DNA from: an uncultured Polyangiaceae bacterium | GTDB taxonomy: Bacteria; Myxococcota_A; Polyangia; Polyangiales; Polyangiaceae | Assembly (NCBI GenBank): GCA_964454025.1 | Contig: CAYVRP010000002.1 | Location: forward strand, 55,242 to 119,241 | DNA: 64,000 nt | Direction of reading: 5' to 3' | Part shown: piece after piece, positions 19,606 to 29,877 of the stretch | Numbering within the stretch: the first letter of the stretch is position 1 | How the letters are laid out: the number at the start of each line of letters is the position of its first letter | The notes under the pieces: generated by a model | Told to the model about the DNA's origin: nothing | The model's input: only the letters and a program-made list of their open reading frames with translations | The model's database searches: none | Translations under genes and position numbers: made by a program

Positions 19606-19812
19606 AGCGCCGCGCGGGGCGGCGCGGGGCGGCGCTGGCGCTCGATGGGCTCCCGACCCCGGCGACGGGGGATCCAGCGACACCGAACCGCCGGCAGCGG
19701 CTCGTGGACCGTGCGCGGCGGCGCCGAGATCGCCGCGCGACCAGGGCGGGGCCGGCGCCGTCGCTCCCCTCTCCAGCGGCGGCAGCGACGCCCCGGGGCT
19801 CGGTCAGGGTGG

Positions 19813-21231
19813 CTATCGACCGAAGCGGGGCAATTCCACGACGTAGGTGTCCACGCTGGGCCCGCCACCCCAGTCGCTGCCGAAGACTGCGCGGGTGCCG
19901 CTCGGGCTGCCCGTGACATGGGGCTCACCCCAGTAATCCTGCGCCTCCTGCGAGCGGTGGTGCGCGATCCGGCAGACGCTGCCGCCCGGGTTGGTGTCCG
20001 CCAGGACCAGCTCCTGATCGAGCACACCGGCACCCGCAACGTCACCGATGATCGACAGGAAGACCCACCCCGGCCGCTGGTAGATCGGCGCCGACAGGTG
20101 CGTGCCCGACGGCGGGTAGGGGTAGCCGGTGTCCTCACCGACGATCACGCGCGACGTCCCGTCGGTCAGGTCGAACGTGACCAGCGAGCCCACCCCGCTG
20201 CCCTCCGGCCCCGTGTCGAACTGCACGACGTTGTAGGTGTCCCGGCCGCTGGCCAGCATGCCGAGGCTCGCATGCTCGCCGGTCGAGGCGAGGTCCAGCG
20301 TCCGGAGGCGCCTCATCGAAGCGTCGAACACCCCGCCGTCCCAGTAGGCCAGCGCGCCGCTCGCCCCGATCATGGGCGCCGACTCCGCCGGCGTGGACGA
20401 GCCGAGGATCTCCCCGGAGCCGAGGTCGTAGACGAACGCCGTCCCCGTGCTCTCGCACAGCAGCCCGAGGCGGCGGCTGTCCCAGGAGATCCAGGCGTGG
20501 GAGTCCGCGGTGACCTGGCCATCGCAAGGGATCGTCTGGACGACCTCGCTCGCGTCGTTGCTGACCCGGTAGCGCAGGAGCTGGTTCACGTCGATCCAGA
20601 AGAGCGCGTCCGGATCCGTCGTGCTCCAGTACACCTGCTCGAGGTCCGGCGGGCTGATGGCGAGATCGCGCACGTACTCGTAGGTCTGCCCGTCGTAGAG
20701 CAGGTGCCCATGGCCCACCTCGTAGAGCACGAGGTACGACTCGTCGGCGTTCCACGCCTGGGTGGGGGAGTACAGCGGCTTGATCACGCCGGTCCCGCCC
20801 ACGTCCGTCAGCCGTCGGATCGTGGTTCCGAACTGCGGATCAGTGACCCCCTGCCCGACTGCCGGCTTGGCGAGGGCCGTCATGGGGTGCGCGTCCTGGT
20901 CCGTGACCAGACCCTCACAGAGATCGGTGGCGTCGTCCGCCACACAGAGGATCCCGATGGCGCGGTACCCCGGAGCGCAGGTGCAGGACGCGGTGCCGGA
21001 CGACACCGAACACTCCCCGTGGTGCGAGCAGGTCACGCCTTCGCAGGAGGCGACCGGACCTCCGCCCGCCCCGGAGCCGGCCGCGCTCCCGCCGCCACTG
21101 CCGACGTCGTCGGCCCCGGACCCGCCTGCACCCGACTCGCGGCCGCCGTCTGACGACCCCGACGAACCGCCGCAGCCGGTGGCGACGAGGAGGATGGCGC
21201 AGAGCAGGATCGGGATCCCGAGGCGAACCAT
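19813..21231 (-). CDS. Lipoprotein with an EGF-like Cys-rich module and a beta-propeller-like body
   Basis: MVRLGIPILLCAILLVATGCGG is a signal peptide plus lipobox. A Gly/Ser linker follows. CEGVTCSHHGECSVSSGTASCTCAPGYRAIGILC has an EGF-like pattern. Confidence 0.7.
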   Translation of the reverse strand: MVRLGIPILLCAILLVATGCGGSSGSSDGGRESGAGGSGADDVGSGGGSAAGSGAGGGPVASCEGVTCSHHGECSVSSGTASCTCAPGYRAIGILCVADDATDLCEGLVTDQDAHPMTALAKPAVGQGVTDPQFGTTIRRLTDVGGTGVIKPLYSPTQAWNADESYLVLYEVGHGHLLYDGQTYEYVRDLAISPPDLEQVYWSTTDPDALFWIDVNQLLRYRVSNDASEVVQTIPCDGQVTADSHAWISWDSRRLGLLCESTGTAFVYDLGSGEILGSSTPAESAPMIGASGALAYWDGGVFDASMRRLRTLDLASTGEHASLGMLASGRDTYNVVQFDTGPEGSGVGSLVTFDLTDGTSRVIVGEDTGYPYPPSGTHLSAPIYQRPGWVFLSIIGDVAGAGVLDQELVLADTNPGGSVCRIAHHRSQEAQDYWGEPHVTGSPSGTRAVFGSDWGGGPSVDTYVVELPRFGR

Positions 21232-21462
21232 GACGCCATCCTATCACCGCGGCGCGGCCGCGTGGCTCGGGTTCGCCGAGAGCTCCACCCGGCGCTCCCC
21301 GCTCCCGCCGGTCGCGCCGACCGGGAGGGCCAGGAACGCGGCGCGCTTGCGCAGGGGGCGCTCTCGACTCCGGTGCGGCGCCGCGCGCTCGCCCCGCCGC
21401 GAACGGGGGTGAGCGCGCCGCTCGGCGCTCGCGCCCCGCCCTCCGCGATCCCCGCTGAGGGC

Positions 21463-21873
21463 TCAGAAGCAGCCGCTGAAGGTGAGCTCCCCGGTCGCGC
21501 GCGGGCAGTCCAGGCTCAGGCTCCCACCCGCGGCCCGCTTGCCCGCCGCGTGGTAGCCTTCGCCGCGGAGCGTGAGCGCACCGCAGGTGCCGAGCTCTTC
21601 AGGGGCCGCGCCCGGCCCGATCCACGTGAGGGCGGGGGTGCCGCCGATCTGCTGCCAGGCGCGGAGCGGCTGCGGGGGCAGCCCGCCCTCGAGGCGGGCG
21701 CCCGCGCCGTCACCGAGCGCGATGCCGCCCGGGCAGGGGACCACCTCGCAGCTTACCGGCTCGAACGGGGCGGCGTCGATCTCCAGCCGCCCGGTCGCGC
21801 GGAAGCGCGGCGTACAGGCGGCGACGAGCGCGGCGAGGGCGAGGGCGATCCCCGGAGCCAGGGGGCGAGCCAT
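21463..21873 (-). CDS. Small lipoprotein (136 aa), unknown function
   Basis: ATG at 21873. MARPLAPGIALALAALVAAC is a lipobox. There are 6 further Cys residues. The upstream part of ORF 21463..22767 is antisense junk over the permease gene. Confidence 0.6.
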   Translation of the reverse strand: MARPLAPGIALALAALVAACTPRFRATGRLEIDAAPFEPVSCEVVPCPGGIALGDGAGARLEGGLPPQPLRAWQQIGGTPALTWIGPGAAPEELGTCGALTLRGEGYHAAGKRAAGGSLSLDCPRATGELTFSGCF

Positions 21874-21999
21874 GGCAGCCAAGACCAGCGAGTTTATCAC
21901 GGTGCGACGGCGGGACGCACGGCCGGGCTGGCGCCCGGCTGGCGCACCCCGCCCGGTCGATGTACTAGGCGCGCCACCCCCAACGCGGAGCTCAATCCC

Positions 22000-23400
22000 T
22001 TGCCCGAGCACGAGATCCTGGTCCCCTGGTGGGGCGTCCTGCCCTTCGCGGGGCTCCTGACCTGCATCGCCACCTTCCCGCTCCTGTCGGCCACGCGGCA
22101 CCTCTGGCACAAGCTCTGGTTCCAGCTCGCCGTGGCCCTCGCCTTCGGGGTGCCGATGGCGATCTTCATGTGGGCGCTCGGGGACCCCGCGGCGGTGGTG
22201 CACGCGCTGGTCGAGTACGCACAGTTCATCACCCTCCTCTGGTGCCTCTTCGTCATCAGCGGCGGCATCTTCGTCGACGGGGACATCGAGGCGACGCCGC
22301 GCACCAACACGATCTTCCTCGCCATCGGGGGCGTTCTCGCCTCCTTCATCGGGACCACGGGCGCCGCGATGTCGCTCATCCGGCCCCTCCTGAACGTGAA
22401 CCGCCAGCGCACGCTCCGCGTCCACACCGTGGTGTTCGCGATCTTCGTCATCGCCAATTGCGGCGGGCTGCTCACGCCGCTCGGGGATCCGCCGCTGTTC
22501 CTCGGGATGCTGCGGGGGGTGCCGTTCCTGTGGACGCTGAAGCTCTTCCCGGCCTGGCTCTTCGTCAACGGGTTGCTCCTCTTCACGTACTACGCGCTCG
22601 ACCGCCGCTACCACGCCGCCGAACCGGCGGCGGCGCTCGCCCGCGACGCGCGCGAGCTCGAGCCGATCCGGATCCGGGGCAAGCTCCACCTGGTGTGGCT
22701 CCTCGGCGTGGTGCTCGCGGTCGCGCTGGCGCCGTCGGTGGATCTGCACGCCATCGGCGAGGGTCACGCGGGTTTCCGCGCCTGGATCCCGCTGCGGGAG
22801 CTCGTCATGCTCTCGCTCGCGGGGCTCTCGCTCGCGACCAGCGATCGCGAGATCCGGTGGGTCAAGAACGAGTTCGGCTGGGGCCCCATCCTGGAGGTCG
22901 CCGCGCTCTTCATCGGCATCTTCCTCGCCATGGTCCCGGCCCTGGCCTACCTCGGGCAGGTGGCGCCGTCCCTGCCGCTCGACGAGTACACGTTCTTCCT
23001 GTTCACCGGGGCGCTGAGCGCCGTGCTCGACAACGCGCCGACCTACGCGACCTTCTTCGAGATGGCGCGGAGCCTCGGCGGCGAGCCCGCCGTCGCGGGG
23101 GTGCGCGAGCTCTACCTCACGTCGATCAGCCTGGGGGCCGTGTTCTGCGGGGCCATCACCTACATCGGCAACGGGCCGAACTTCATGGTCAAGTCGATCG
23201 CGGACGCGAGCGGCGTCGCGATGCCGAGCTTCGGCGGCTACTTCCTGTGGGCCCTCCGCTTCCTGGTCCCGGTGCTCGCGCTGATGGTCCTGGTCGTCAT
23301 CGCCCCGCCGCTCCCCCTCAAGGCGCTCGGGGCGGTCCTCACGCTGGGCTGGATCGCCTGGACGTGGAGGGCGCGACCGGCCGCCACCACCGGGACCTGA
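22000..23400 (+). CDS. Multi-pass permease, ArsB/NhaD (citrate-transporter-like / Na+:H+ antiporter) superfamily
   Basis: There are about 11-12 hydrophobic helices. Typical segments include FIGTTGAAMSLIRPLL, ANCGGLLTPLGDPPLFLG and LDNAPTYATF. The start is uncertain (TTG 22000 proposed). The ORF-track N-terminus from 21262 is junk. Confidence 0.7.
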   Translation: MPEHEILVPWWGVLPFAGLLTCIATFPLLSATRHLWHKLWFQLAVALAFGVPMAIFMWALGDPAAVVHALVEYAQFITLLWCLFVISGGIFVDGDIEATPRTNTIFLAIGGVLASFIGTTGAAMSLIRPLLNVNRQRTLRVHTVVFAIFVIANCGGLLTPLGDPPLFLGMLRGVPFLWTLKLFPAWLFVNGLLLFTYYALDRRYHAAEPAAALARDARELEPIRIRGKLHLVWLLGVVLAVALAPSVDLHAIGEGHAGFRAWIPLRELVMLSLAGLSLATSDREIRWVKNEFGWGPILEVAALFIGIFLAMVPALAYLGQVAPSLPLDEYTFFLFTGALSAVLDNAPTYATFFEMARSLGGEPAVAGVRELYLTSISLGAVFCGAITYIGNGPNFMVKSIADASGVAMPSFGGYFLWALRFLVPVLALMVLVVIAPPLPLKALGAVLTLGWIAWTWRARPAATTGT

Positions 23401-23447
23401 GCCGCTCGCTTGGGCGCGCCCGGGACCGCGGCTGGACCGACATCGTC

Positions 23448-25055
23448 ATGGGAAGACGACCGCGCGCGGAGCTCGGGACCTGGGGCGCCTGCCTGCTCGC
23501 AGCCTGCGCGCCGCGCCCGGGCGGCGGCGCGGCGCCGGCGAGCCCCCCGGCGACCGCCGCGGCGGCCTCCGCGGCGAGCCCGTCCCCCGCCGCGCCGGCG
23601 GCGGCCAGCGCGGCCGTCACCTCGGCGAGCGCGCCGGTGCCCTCGTCGCACTGGGAGTCGCCCGCCGACGGGGCGCCGCGCATCGGGAGCGTGAAGCACT
23701 CGACCTTCGTCTGGGCGGAGCCGCTGCGCGCCCGGGACCGGCTCGCCATCGGGCGGCTCCGCCTCGGAACCACCGTGCGGCTCAAGACGGGCCGCCCCGT
23801 GCCCGGCTCGGGCTGCCACGGCGACTGGTTCGAGATCGAGCCGTTCGGGTTCGTCTGCGCCGACGACACCACGACCCGTGACTTCTCCACGCCCTACTGG
23901 CAGGCCCTCGCCGACGTCGCGCCCGCGGACGGGCCGTTCCCCTACCGGTACGCCTTCTCCACCGGCGCGCCGATGTACCACCGCGTCCCGACGGAGCGGG
24001 AGCAGCACCTCAACGAGCACTGGTCCTACGGTCCCGTGCGCACCTTCCGCCCCCTCGGCCGCTGGTCGGAGGGGCACGAGGCGCTGGTGATCAAGGACCC
24101 GGCTCAGCCCATCGAGCCGACCGATCCGCTCCCGGCCTACCTCGCCGACCACGCGACCATCCCCGGCTCGCCCTACAGGTCGCGCGCGCCCAAGGCGCAG
24201 GAGCTCCCCGCGGGCTCGGGCGTGGCCTACGCCCGCGCCTTCGCGGCGGCGGGCCGCACCTGGCTGTTGACCCCCGAGCTGCTCCTGGTGCCCGCCGATC
24301 GCGTCTTCCCCTACGCACGATCGAGCTTCCATGGCGTCGAGCTCGACGGCGAGGTGCGCCTGCCGCTCGCCTGGGTGCGGAGCGCGGGGGAGCCGCGGCT
24401 CGCTCGCGGAGCGGACGGCACCTTCGCGCCCGCGGGCCCGCCCTTCGGGGAGCGCACCCCGGTGCCGCTCACGGGCCAGCGCGCGCGGCAGGGCAAGCAC
24501 GACTTCTGGGAGACCCGCGAACCCGGCGTGTGGCTCGAGGAGCGCGACGGAGCGGTGGTCGTGGAGGCGGTGACCCGGCTGCCCGGCAACCTCGATCCCG
24601 ACGAGCGCTGGCTCGACGCGCGGATCCTCACCGGCTACGCGGTGGCCTACGTCGGCCTGGAGCCGAAGTGGACGACGCTCTGGTCCCCCGGCAAGGGTGG
24701 GGTCCCGGTGGCGGGGAACGATCCCATCAAGTTCGCGACGACCTCGGTCGGGATCTTCACCTTCCAGTGGAAGGAGAAGGTGGCGACCATGTCCCCGGAT
24801 CCGGGAACGCCGACGGTGTTCTGGTTCGCGGACGTGCCGCACATCCAGTACGTCCAGGGTCCGCTCGCGCTGCACGTCACCTACTGGCACGAGCGCTTCG
24901 GCTGGCCCATGAGCGCCGAGTGCATGAACTTCTCACCGCTCGACGGCGAGTGGCTCCACCGCTTCACCGAGCCGCCCCTCCCGCCGGGCTGGAACGCCGT
25001 CCGCGGCAGCGCGCTCACCGGCCGCGCCTCGCGCGTCGTGATCCGGCCGCGCTGA
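23448..25055 (+). CDS. Secreted L,D-transpeptidase-like (YkuD-type) protein
   Basis: ATG at 23448. The signal/lipobox is GTWGACLLAAC, followed by an Ala/Pro/Ser linker. The C-terminal segment HVTYWHERFGWPMSAECMNFSPLD resembles the H...G..S.GC.. catalytic motif. The assignment rests on this motif resemblance alone. Confidence 0.55.
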   Translation: MGRRPRAELGTWGACLLAACAPRPGGGAAPASPPATAAAASAASPSPAAPAAASAAVTSASAPVPSSHWESPADGAPRIGSVKHSTFVWAEPLRARDRLAIGRLRLGTTVRLKTGRPVPGSGCHGDWFEIEPFGFVCADDTTTRDFSTPYWQALADVAPADGPFPYRYAFSTGAPMYHRVPTEREQHLNEHWSYGPVRTFRPLGRWSEGHEALVIKDPAQPIEPTDPLPAYLADHATIPGSPYRSRAPKAQELPAGSGVAYARAFAAAGRTWLLTPELLLVPADRVFPYARSSFHGVELDGEVRLPLAWVRSAGEPRLARGADGTFAPAGPPFGERTPVPLTGQRARQGKHDFWETREPGVWLEERDGAVVVEAVTRLPGNLDPDERWLDARILTGYAVAYVGLEPKWTTLWSPGKGGVPVAGNDPIKFATTSVGIFTFQWKEKVATMSPDPGTPTVFWFADVPHIQYVQGPLALHVTYWHERFGWPMSAECMNFSPLDGEWLHRFTEPPLPPGWNAVRGSALTGRASRVVIRPR

Positions 25056-25069
25056 GCGCGGTCGCGTCC

Positions 25070-28000
25070 TCAGCCGACCAGGCAGACCTCGCTCAGCCCC
25101 GGCCCCACCCGGCGGACCTCGACGCGCACGGGGATGCGTTCCTTCATCTCCTCCACGTGGGTGACGAGCCCGACCTTCCGCCCCTGGCTGTGCAGGGCGT
25201 CGAGCGCGCGCATCACGTGGCGCAGGGTGTCGCCGTCGAGGCTGCCGAACCCCTCGTCGATGAAGAGGGTTTCGATGGCGTGACCGCCGCTCACCAGGGC
25301 GCTCAGCCCGAGCGCCAGGGCGAGGGAGACGAGGAAGGTTTCGCCGCCGGAGAGCGTGTGCACGGGGCGCTCCGCGTCGTAGCCGTCGTGGTCCACCACC
25401 ACGAAGTGCATCGACGCCGGGAGCTGTCGGAGCTCGTAGCGGGGGGTGATGGCGGTGAGGTGCCGGTTGGTCTGCACCAGGAGCAGCTCGAGCGAGAGCT
25501 GCTGCGCCAGGGCGCGGAACGCCTTGCCCTCGCCGACCCCGAGGAGCTGGTAGAGCTGCTCCCACCGGCCAGCGACCTCCTGCTGCGCCGCGATCGCGCC
25601 GTCGAGCCGCGTCCCCTCCGCGCGCCGCTCGTCGTCCTGCCGGAGGCGCTCGGCGAGGGCGCCGCCCTCGACCTGCAGCGCCTCGCGCCGGGCGTCGAGC
25701 CCCCGCTGGACGCGCGTCAGCCACGCGAGCAGCTCCGCGCCCGGCGCCGCGGCGAAGTCGACCGGAGCCGGCCCCGCGTCGAGCGCGAGCGGCGCGAGCG
25801 CCTGCGCGCAGGCGGGGCCCAGCTCCGCGAGCGACCGCGCCGCCTGCGCGGCCGCGTCCCGCGCCGCCTGCCGCCGGTTCGCGAGCCCGGTGCGCGCCTC
25901 CCGGGCCTGGCCGAGCGCCGCCTCGAGCTCGGTCCGAGCCCGGCGCGCCGCCTCGAGCTCGTCCTGCCAGCGCGCGCGCACGAGCGCGCCCGGCTCGCCC
26001 TCGAGCACCTGCCGCCGCTCCTCCGCCACCACCTCCACCTCCTTCCGCAGCGCCGCGTGCTGCTCGTCCTGGCGCTGGAGCGCGGCGGCCACGGCCTTCA
26101 CCTCCGCCTCCTGGCCCTCGACGGCACGCGCGAGGGGCGCGAGGGCGAGGCGCAGCTCGCCGACGGCCTGCTCGGTGACCGCGTGTTGCTCCAGCGCCGC
26201 GCGCTGCTCCTCGAGGAACGGCTCCCCCCGCGCCTCGAGCGGCGCCCGCCACTCGGCGACGGCCCAGAGCGGCGCGAGCTTCCGCTCCGCCTCCGCCCGT
26301 CCGTCCTCGCTCGACCGAGCCTCCTCCTCCAGGTGCGCGAGCGACTCCCGGAGCCGCCGGAGCTCCCCGGAGCTCTGCTCGAGCTCGAGCTCGAGCGCCG
26401 GCAGCGCCTGGCTGGCCTCGAGCCGGGCCTGGAGCCGCGCACGGAGCGCAGCGACGGCGTCCGGCGTCACGCACGCGAGCACCTCCGGATCCTCGACCCG
26501 GAGGGCCTCCAGCGCGGGCTCGAGGCGGGTGAGCTCCTCGACCGCCTGCGCCTGCACGGCGCGCGCGCGCTGCTCCTGCTCCCGGAGGGCATCACGCTCG
26601 GCGACGGCGGCGTCGCGCTCGCTCCGCAGCGCCTCCACCTGCTCTCGCAGCGCCGCCTCGGTGAGCGCCCGGTACGGGTGCGACGTCGCGCCGCACACGG
26701 GGCAGGGCTGGCCCTCCTCGAGCCGCGCGCGCAGCCGCGCGACCGCGCCCTCCGCGACCTCCGCTCCCGCGCCGTAGGCCCGCTCGGCGTGCTCGACGCG
26801 CTCGTTCGCCGCGGCGAGGCCGGAGGCCAGCCCGGCGGCCACCCGCGCGGCGTCGTCCCGCCGCTGGCGAGCCGCGGCGATGGCGCCGCCGAGCTCGAGC
26901 TGTCGCTCGCGCCGCGCGAGCTCCTCCAGGCGCCCCGGCAGCCGGGCAACCTCGACGCCGACGAGCCGGCCCGCGACCTCCGCGAGCCGCCGGCGCACGT
27001 CCTCCTCGGCAGCGACCGCGGCGGGCAGCCCGACCCGGACCTGCTCGATGCGCTCCCCGAGCTCGCGCCGCCGGCGGTGCTGCGCGAGGTAGCACGAGAG
27101 CTGCTCCGCTACGAACCGCCGCGCGCGCGCCAGCGGCGCGAGGTGCGCCGGGGCGGCGAGCCACTCCTCGCGCTCGCCGAGCTCACGCTCACGGCGCGCG
27201 AGGTCCTCGCGCGCCCGCACCAGCTGCGCCTCGCGGTCGAGCTGCGCCTGCCGCTGGCGGGCGAGCGCGTCCCCCTGGGCGGCGAGCGTCGCGCTCAGGG
27301 TGGCGATCCGGGCGTCGAGCTCGATGGCGCGGTCGAGCGCGGGCTGCAGCGCCTGCCAGCGCTGCTCGAGCGCCGCCTGCGCCCCCGCGCGCGCCGCCAC
27401 CTGGGGCTCGAGCGCCTCGATCTGCGCCGTGGCCTCCGCCAGCGCGGGCTCGACGGCGGCCGCCTCGGCCTCGACGCGCTGCCGCTCGAGCGCGAGCTGG
27501 CGCGCGCCCTCCACCCGCTCCGCGGAGCCAGCGATGGCCAGGAGCTCGGCCGTGACGCGCGCGCGCGCGGTCTCCGCCGCCGCGCGCTCCTCGGCCCCGA
27601 GCAGGGGCAGCGCCTGGCGCCGCTCGCGCAGCTCGTCGAGGCGGTGCGTCTCCGCGCCCTTGCGCTCGGCGATCGCCTTGCCGATCCGCGCGTAGAGCTC
27701 GGTCCCGGTGAGCCGCTCCAGGATGGTCGCGCGCTCGTCGGCCACGTTGCTCTTGAGGAACGCCGCGAACTGACCCTGGGCGAGGAGCACGGTCCGGGTG
27801 AACTGGGCGAAGTCGAGCCCCAGCAGCTCCTGGATGCGCTCCGCGCACTCCTTCTTGCGATCGAAGAGGATCTTGCCGGTCGCGGCGTCGGCGAGCCACG
27901 TCTCCTCCTGCGAGGCCGCCCCCTTGCGCTTGGGTGCCCGGTAGCCCCAGTGAGCGCGATAGGCCACGCCGTCACCGGCGACGAACTCGACCTCGGCGAA

Positions 28001-28279
28001 GGCGGTGCGGGTGCCGCGCCGGACCAGGTGCGCGGCGTCCCTGACGCTCACCGCGCCGAGAGCGCTCGGGAAGGTGATCCCCTGCGCGACCGCGTCCGCG
28101 AGCCGGGGGACCTGGTGGTACAGCGCGAGGCACAGGGCGTCGAGCAGCGAGCTCTTCCCCGCCCCGGTGGGGCCGACGATGGCGAAGATGCCGGCCGAGC
28201 GCAGCGGCTCCTGGTCCAGCCGTACCGTGAAGCGCCCGAGCGAGGCGACGTTCTCGCCGCTGATGGACAGGATCCTCAC
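25070..28279 (-). CDS. sbcC: Exonuclease SbcC (Rad50/SMC-like ATPase)
   Basis: GTG at 28279 overlaps the sbcD stop (GTGA). The Walker A motif is GPTGAGKSSLLDALCLAL. A long coiled coil carries the zinc hook GQPCPVCG (about nt 26690-26712). The signature and Walker B motifs are LSGGETFLVSLALALGL...LFIDEGFGSLD. Confidence 0.92.
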   Translation of the reverse strand: MRILSISGENVASLGRFTVRLDQEPLRSAGIFAIVGPTGAGKSSLLDALCLALYHQVPRLADAVAQGITFPSALGAVSVRDAAHLVRRGTRTAFAEVEFVAGDGVAYRAHWGYRAPKRKGAASQEETWLADAATGKILFDRKKECAERIQELLGLDFAQFTRTVLLAQGQFAAFLKSNVADERATILERLTGTELYARIGKAIAERKGAETHRLDELRERRQALPLLGAEERAAAETARARVTAELLAIAGSAERVEGARQLALERQRVEAEAAAVEPALAEATAQIEALEPQVAARAGAQAALEQRWQALQPALDRAIELDARIATLSATLAAQGDALARQRQAQLDREAQLVRAREDLARRERELGEREEWLAAPAHLAPLARARRFVAEQLSCYLAQHRRRRELGERIEQVRVGLPAAVAAEEDVRRRLAEVAGRLVGVEVARLPGRLEELARRERQLELGGAIAAARQRRDDAARVAAGLASGLAAANERVEHAERAYGAGAEVAEGAVARLRARLEEGQPCPVCGATSHPYRALTEAALREQVEALRSERDAAVAERDALREQEQRARAVQAQAVEELTRLEPALEALRVEDPEVLACVTPDAVAALRARLQARLEASQALPALELELEQSSGELRRLRESLAHLEEEARSSEDGRAEAERKLAPLWAVAEWRAPLEARGEPFLEEQRAALEQHAVTEQAVGELRLALAPLARAVEGQEAEVKAVAAALQRQDEQHAALRKEVEVVAEERRQVLEGEPGALVRARWQDELEAARRARTELEAALGQAREARTGLANRRQAARDAAAQAARSLAELGPACAQALAPLALDAGPAPVDFAAAPGAELLAWLTRVQRGLDARREALQVEGGALAERLRQDDERRAEGTRLDGAIAAQQEVAGRWEQLYQLLGVGEGKAFRALAQQLSLELLLVQTNRHLTAITPRYELRQLPASMHFVVVDHDGYDAERPVHTLSGGETFLVSLALALGLSALVSGGHAIETLFIDEGFGSLDGDTLRHVMRALDALHSQGRKVGLVTHVEEMKERIPVRVEVRRVGPGLSEVCLVG

Positions 28280-29559
28280 GCGCGTCCCCCCCCGGTCCGA
28301 ACCTGGGCCACGACCTCCGCGAACGCGGCCGTGAGCTCCGGCGGCGGCGGCGCGCCGTACTTGCGCACCCACGCGGTCGAGAAGAGCTGGAGGGGCGCCG
28401 TCTCCGCGCCGAGCGTGAGCGCCAGCACGCCCTCCGCGGACGCCTCCCCGGCGGCTGGCCCCTCGCCCGAGCGCAGCAGCCGGAGCGAGCGCACGAGGCG
28501 CAGGGGCTTGTCGCGGCAGAGCGCCTCCACGCGAGCCGGCAGATCCCCGACGGTCCCGTCGTCGACGACCTGCAGCTCCACCAGCGGCTGGAGCGCGCTC
28601 GGCCGGGCCGCGTGGTCCGCCCAGGGCACCGCCGCCACGGCGCGCTCGAGCTCGTCCCAGGTGCCGGCCACCTCGGGGAGGCGGAGCAGCGCGACCGCCT
28701 GGGGCACGGCGATCTCCGTCACCGTGAGCGCCCCGGCGGCCCCGTCCGTCCCCGGATCCCCAAGCTCGACCAGCAGCACGTGGTGCGCGTACCGCCGCTC
28801 GTCGAAGCCGATGCTGAAGGGGCTGCCGCTGTAACGGATCCGCGGCGAGCCGACCTGCTGGCCCCGGTGCAGATGCCCGAGGGCGAGGTAGTCCAGCCCC
28901 GCGGCGATCGCGTCCGCGCCGATCCCGTCGATGCCACCGACCAGGAGCTGCTCGCTCCCGCTCTTCTCGCCCCGGCTCAGCGTGAGGTGCCCCATGCCCA
29001 CGACGGGCTTGCCGGGGGCGAGCTCCCGGGCGCGCCGCAGGAGGCGCCCGTGGAAGGCGGCGAGGCTGCGCTCGTAGGCCTGCGCGAGCGGCTCGCCCTC
29101 GGCGGGCCGGCAGTCGAGATCGCCGACCCGCATGAACGGCACCGCCAGGCAGGCGCCGAGCGCGGCGCCGCCACCGTCGCGGATGACGACCACCGCCTTG
29201 TCCTCCACGTCCGGCGCCCGCTCGTCGAGCCCACCGACCAGGTGGATCCGCCCGAGGGCCTGGCCGTAGGGGCGCGCGATCTCGAGGCGCAGCGCGGAGT
29301 CGTGGTTGCCCCCCGTCAGGATGGCGGTGACGCGCGGGCAGTCACGGCAGAGGTCGACGAGGAAGTCCGCCAGCAAGCGCTGCGCGGCGCTCGACGGGTT
29401 GGCGACGTCGAACACGTCGCCGGCGACCAGCAGCGCGTCGACGCCGAGCTCGCGACACTGCCCGCGCAACCAGTCGAGGACGCGCGCCTGCTCCTCCAGC
29501 CGGCCATGCCCGGCGAGATCGAGCCCCAGGTGCCAGTCGGAGGTGTGGAGCAGGCGCAT
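28276..29559 (-). CDS. sbcD: Exonuclease SbcD (Mre11-type phosphoesterase)
   Basis: ATG at 29559. MRLLHTSDWHLG, LLVAGDVFD, GNHDS and GHLH are the calcineurin-like nuclease motifs. The ORF-track N-terminus up to 29799 is junk. Confidence 0.9.
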   Translation of the reverse strand: MRLLHTSDWHLGLDLAGHGRLEEQARVLDWLRGQCRELGVDALLVAGDVFDVANPSSAAQRLLADFLVDLCRDCPRVTAILTGGNHDSALRLEIARPYGQALGRIHLVGGLDERAPDVEDKAVVVIRDGGGAALGACLAVPFMRVGDLDCRPAEGEPLAQAYERSLAAFHGRLLRRARELAPGKPVVGMGHLTLSRGEKSGSEQLLVGGIDGIGADAIAAGLDYLALGHLHRGQQVGSPRIRYSGSPFSIGFDERRYAHHVLLVELGDPGTDGAAGALTVTEIAVPQAVALLRLPEVAGTWDELERAVAAVPWADHAARPSALQPLVELQVVDDGTVGDLPARVEALCRDKPLRLVRSLRLLRSGEGPAAGEASAEGVLALTLGAETAPLQLFSTAWVRKYGAPPPPELTAAFAEVVAQVRTGGGRA

Positions 29560-29877
29560 GCCGAGCAGTCTAGGGTCCCGCCGCGGGCCGGGGAACGACT
29601 CCGGGTAGTCCGCGGCACGCGGAGCGGAGCCTGCCACGACCCTGCGACGCCGGCCGTCGCAGGCGCGCCGGGCACCGCGCGCTCGACGCGTCGGCCCACG
29701 CCTCTGGTGCCGGTGAGCGGCGGCGCAGGGCGGCGACCGCGCGCGCGAGCATCCCCCGGCGCCGGGGACCACCCGGCGCGACACCGGCAGCGGGCGCACC
29801 GCGGCTCGCGCCGGGCCCGACCCGAGCCGGGTCCGGCCGCGCGCGCCCCGACCCGGCTCGTCCGGCGTTCGCGCCGG

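Noticed and set aside
19331-19846. 171-aa plus-strand ORF from the track in the MTase-lipoprotein gap
   Set aside because: After the first 15-20 codons or so, its third-position G/C drops and the sequence becomes Ala/Ser/Arg junk. The neighbouring frame holds the coding-like signal (see the pseudogene entry).
24530-28834. 1434-aa plus-strand ORF across sbcC/sbcD
   Set aside because: It is antisense to SbcC and SbcD, both of which have the full set of ATPase and nuclease motifs. Its translation is low-complexity and Arg/Leu/Glu-rich.
25070-29559. SbcC/SbcD as part of a phage-defence system (Lamassu/Gabija/Wadjet-like)
   Set aside because: The architecture is the canonical housekeeping sbcDC pair: an Mre11-type nuclease plus a Rad50-type ATPase with a zinc hook. 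No additional defence-specific partners, methylase or mobile-element context are nearby.
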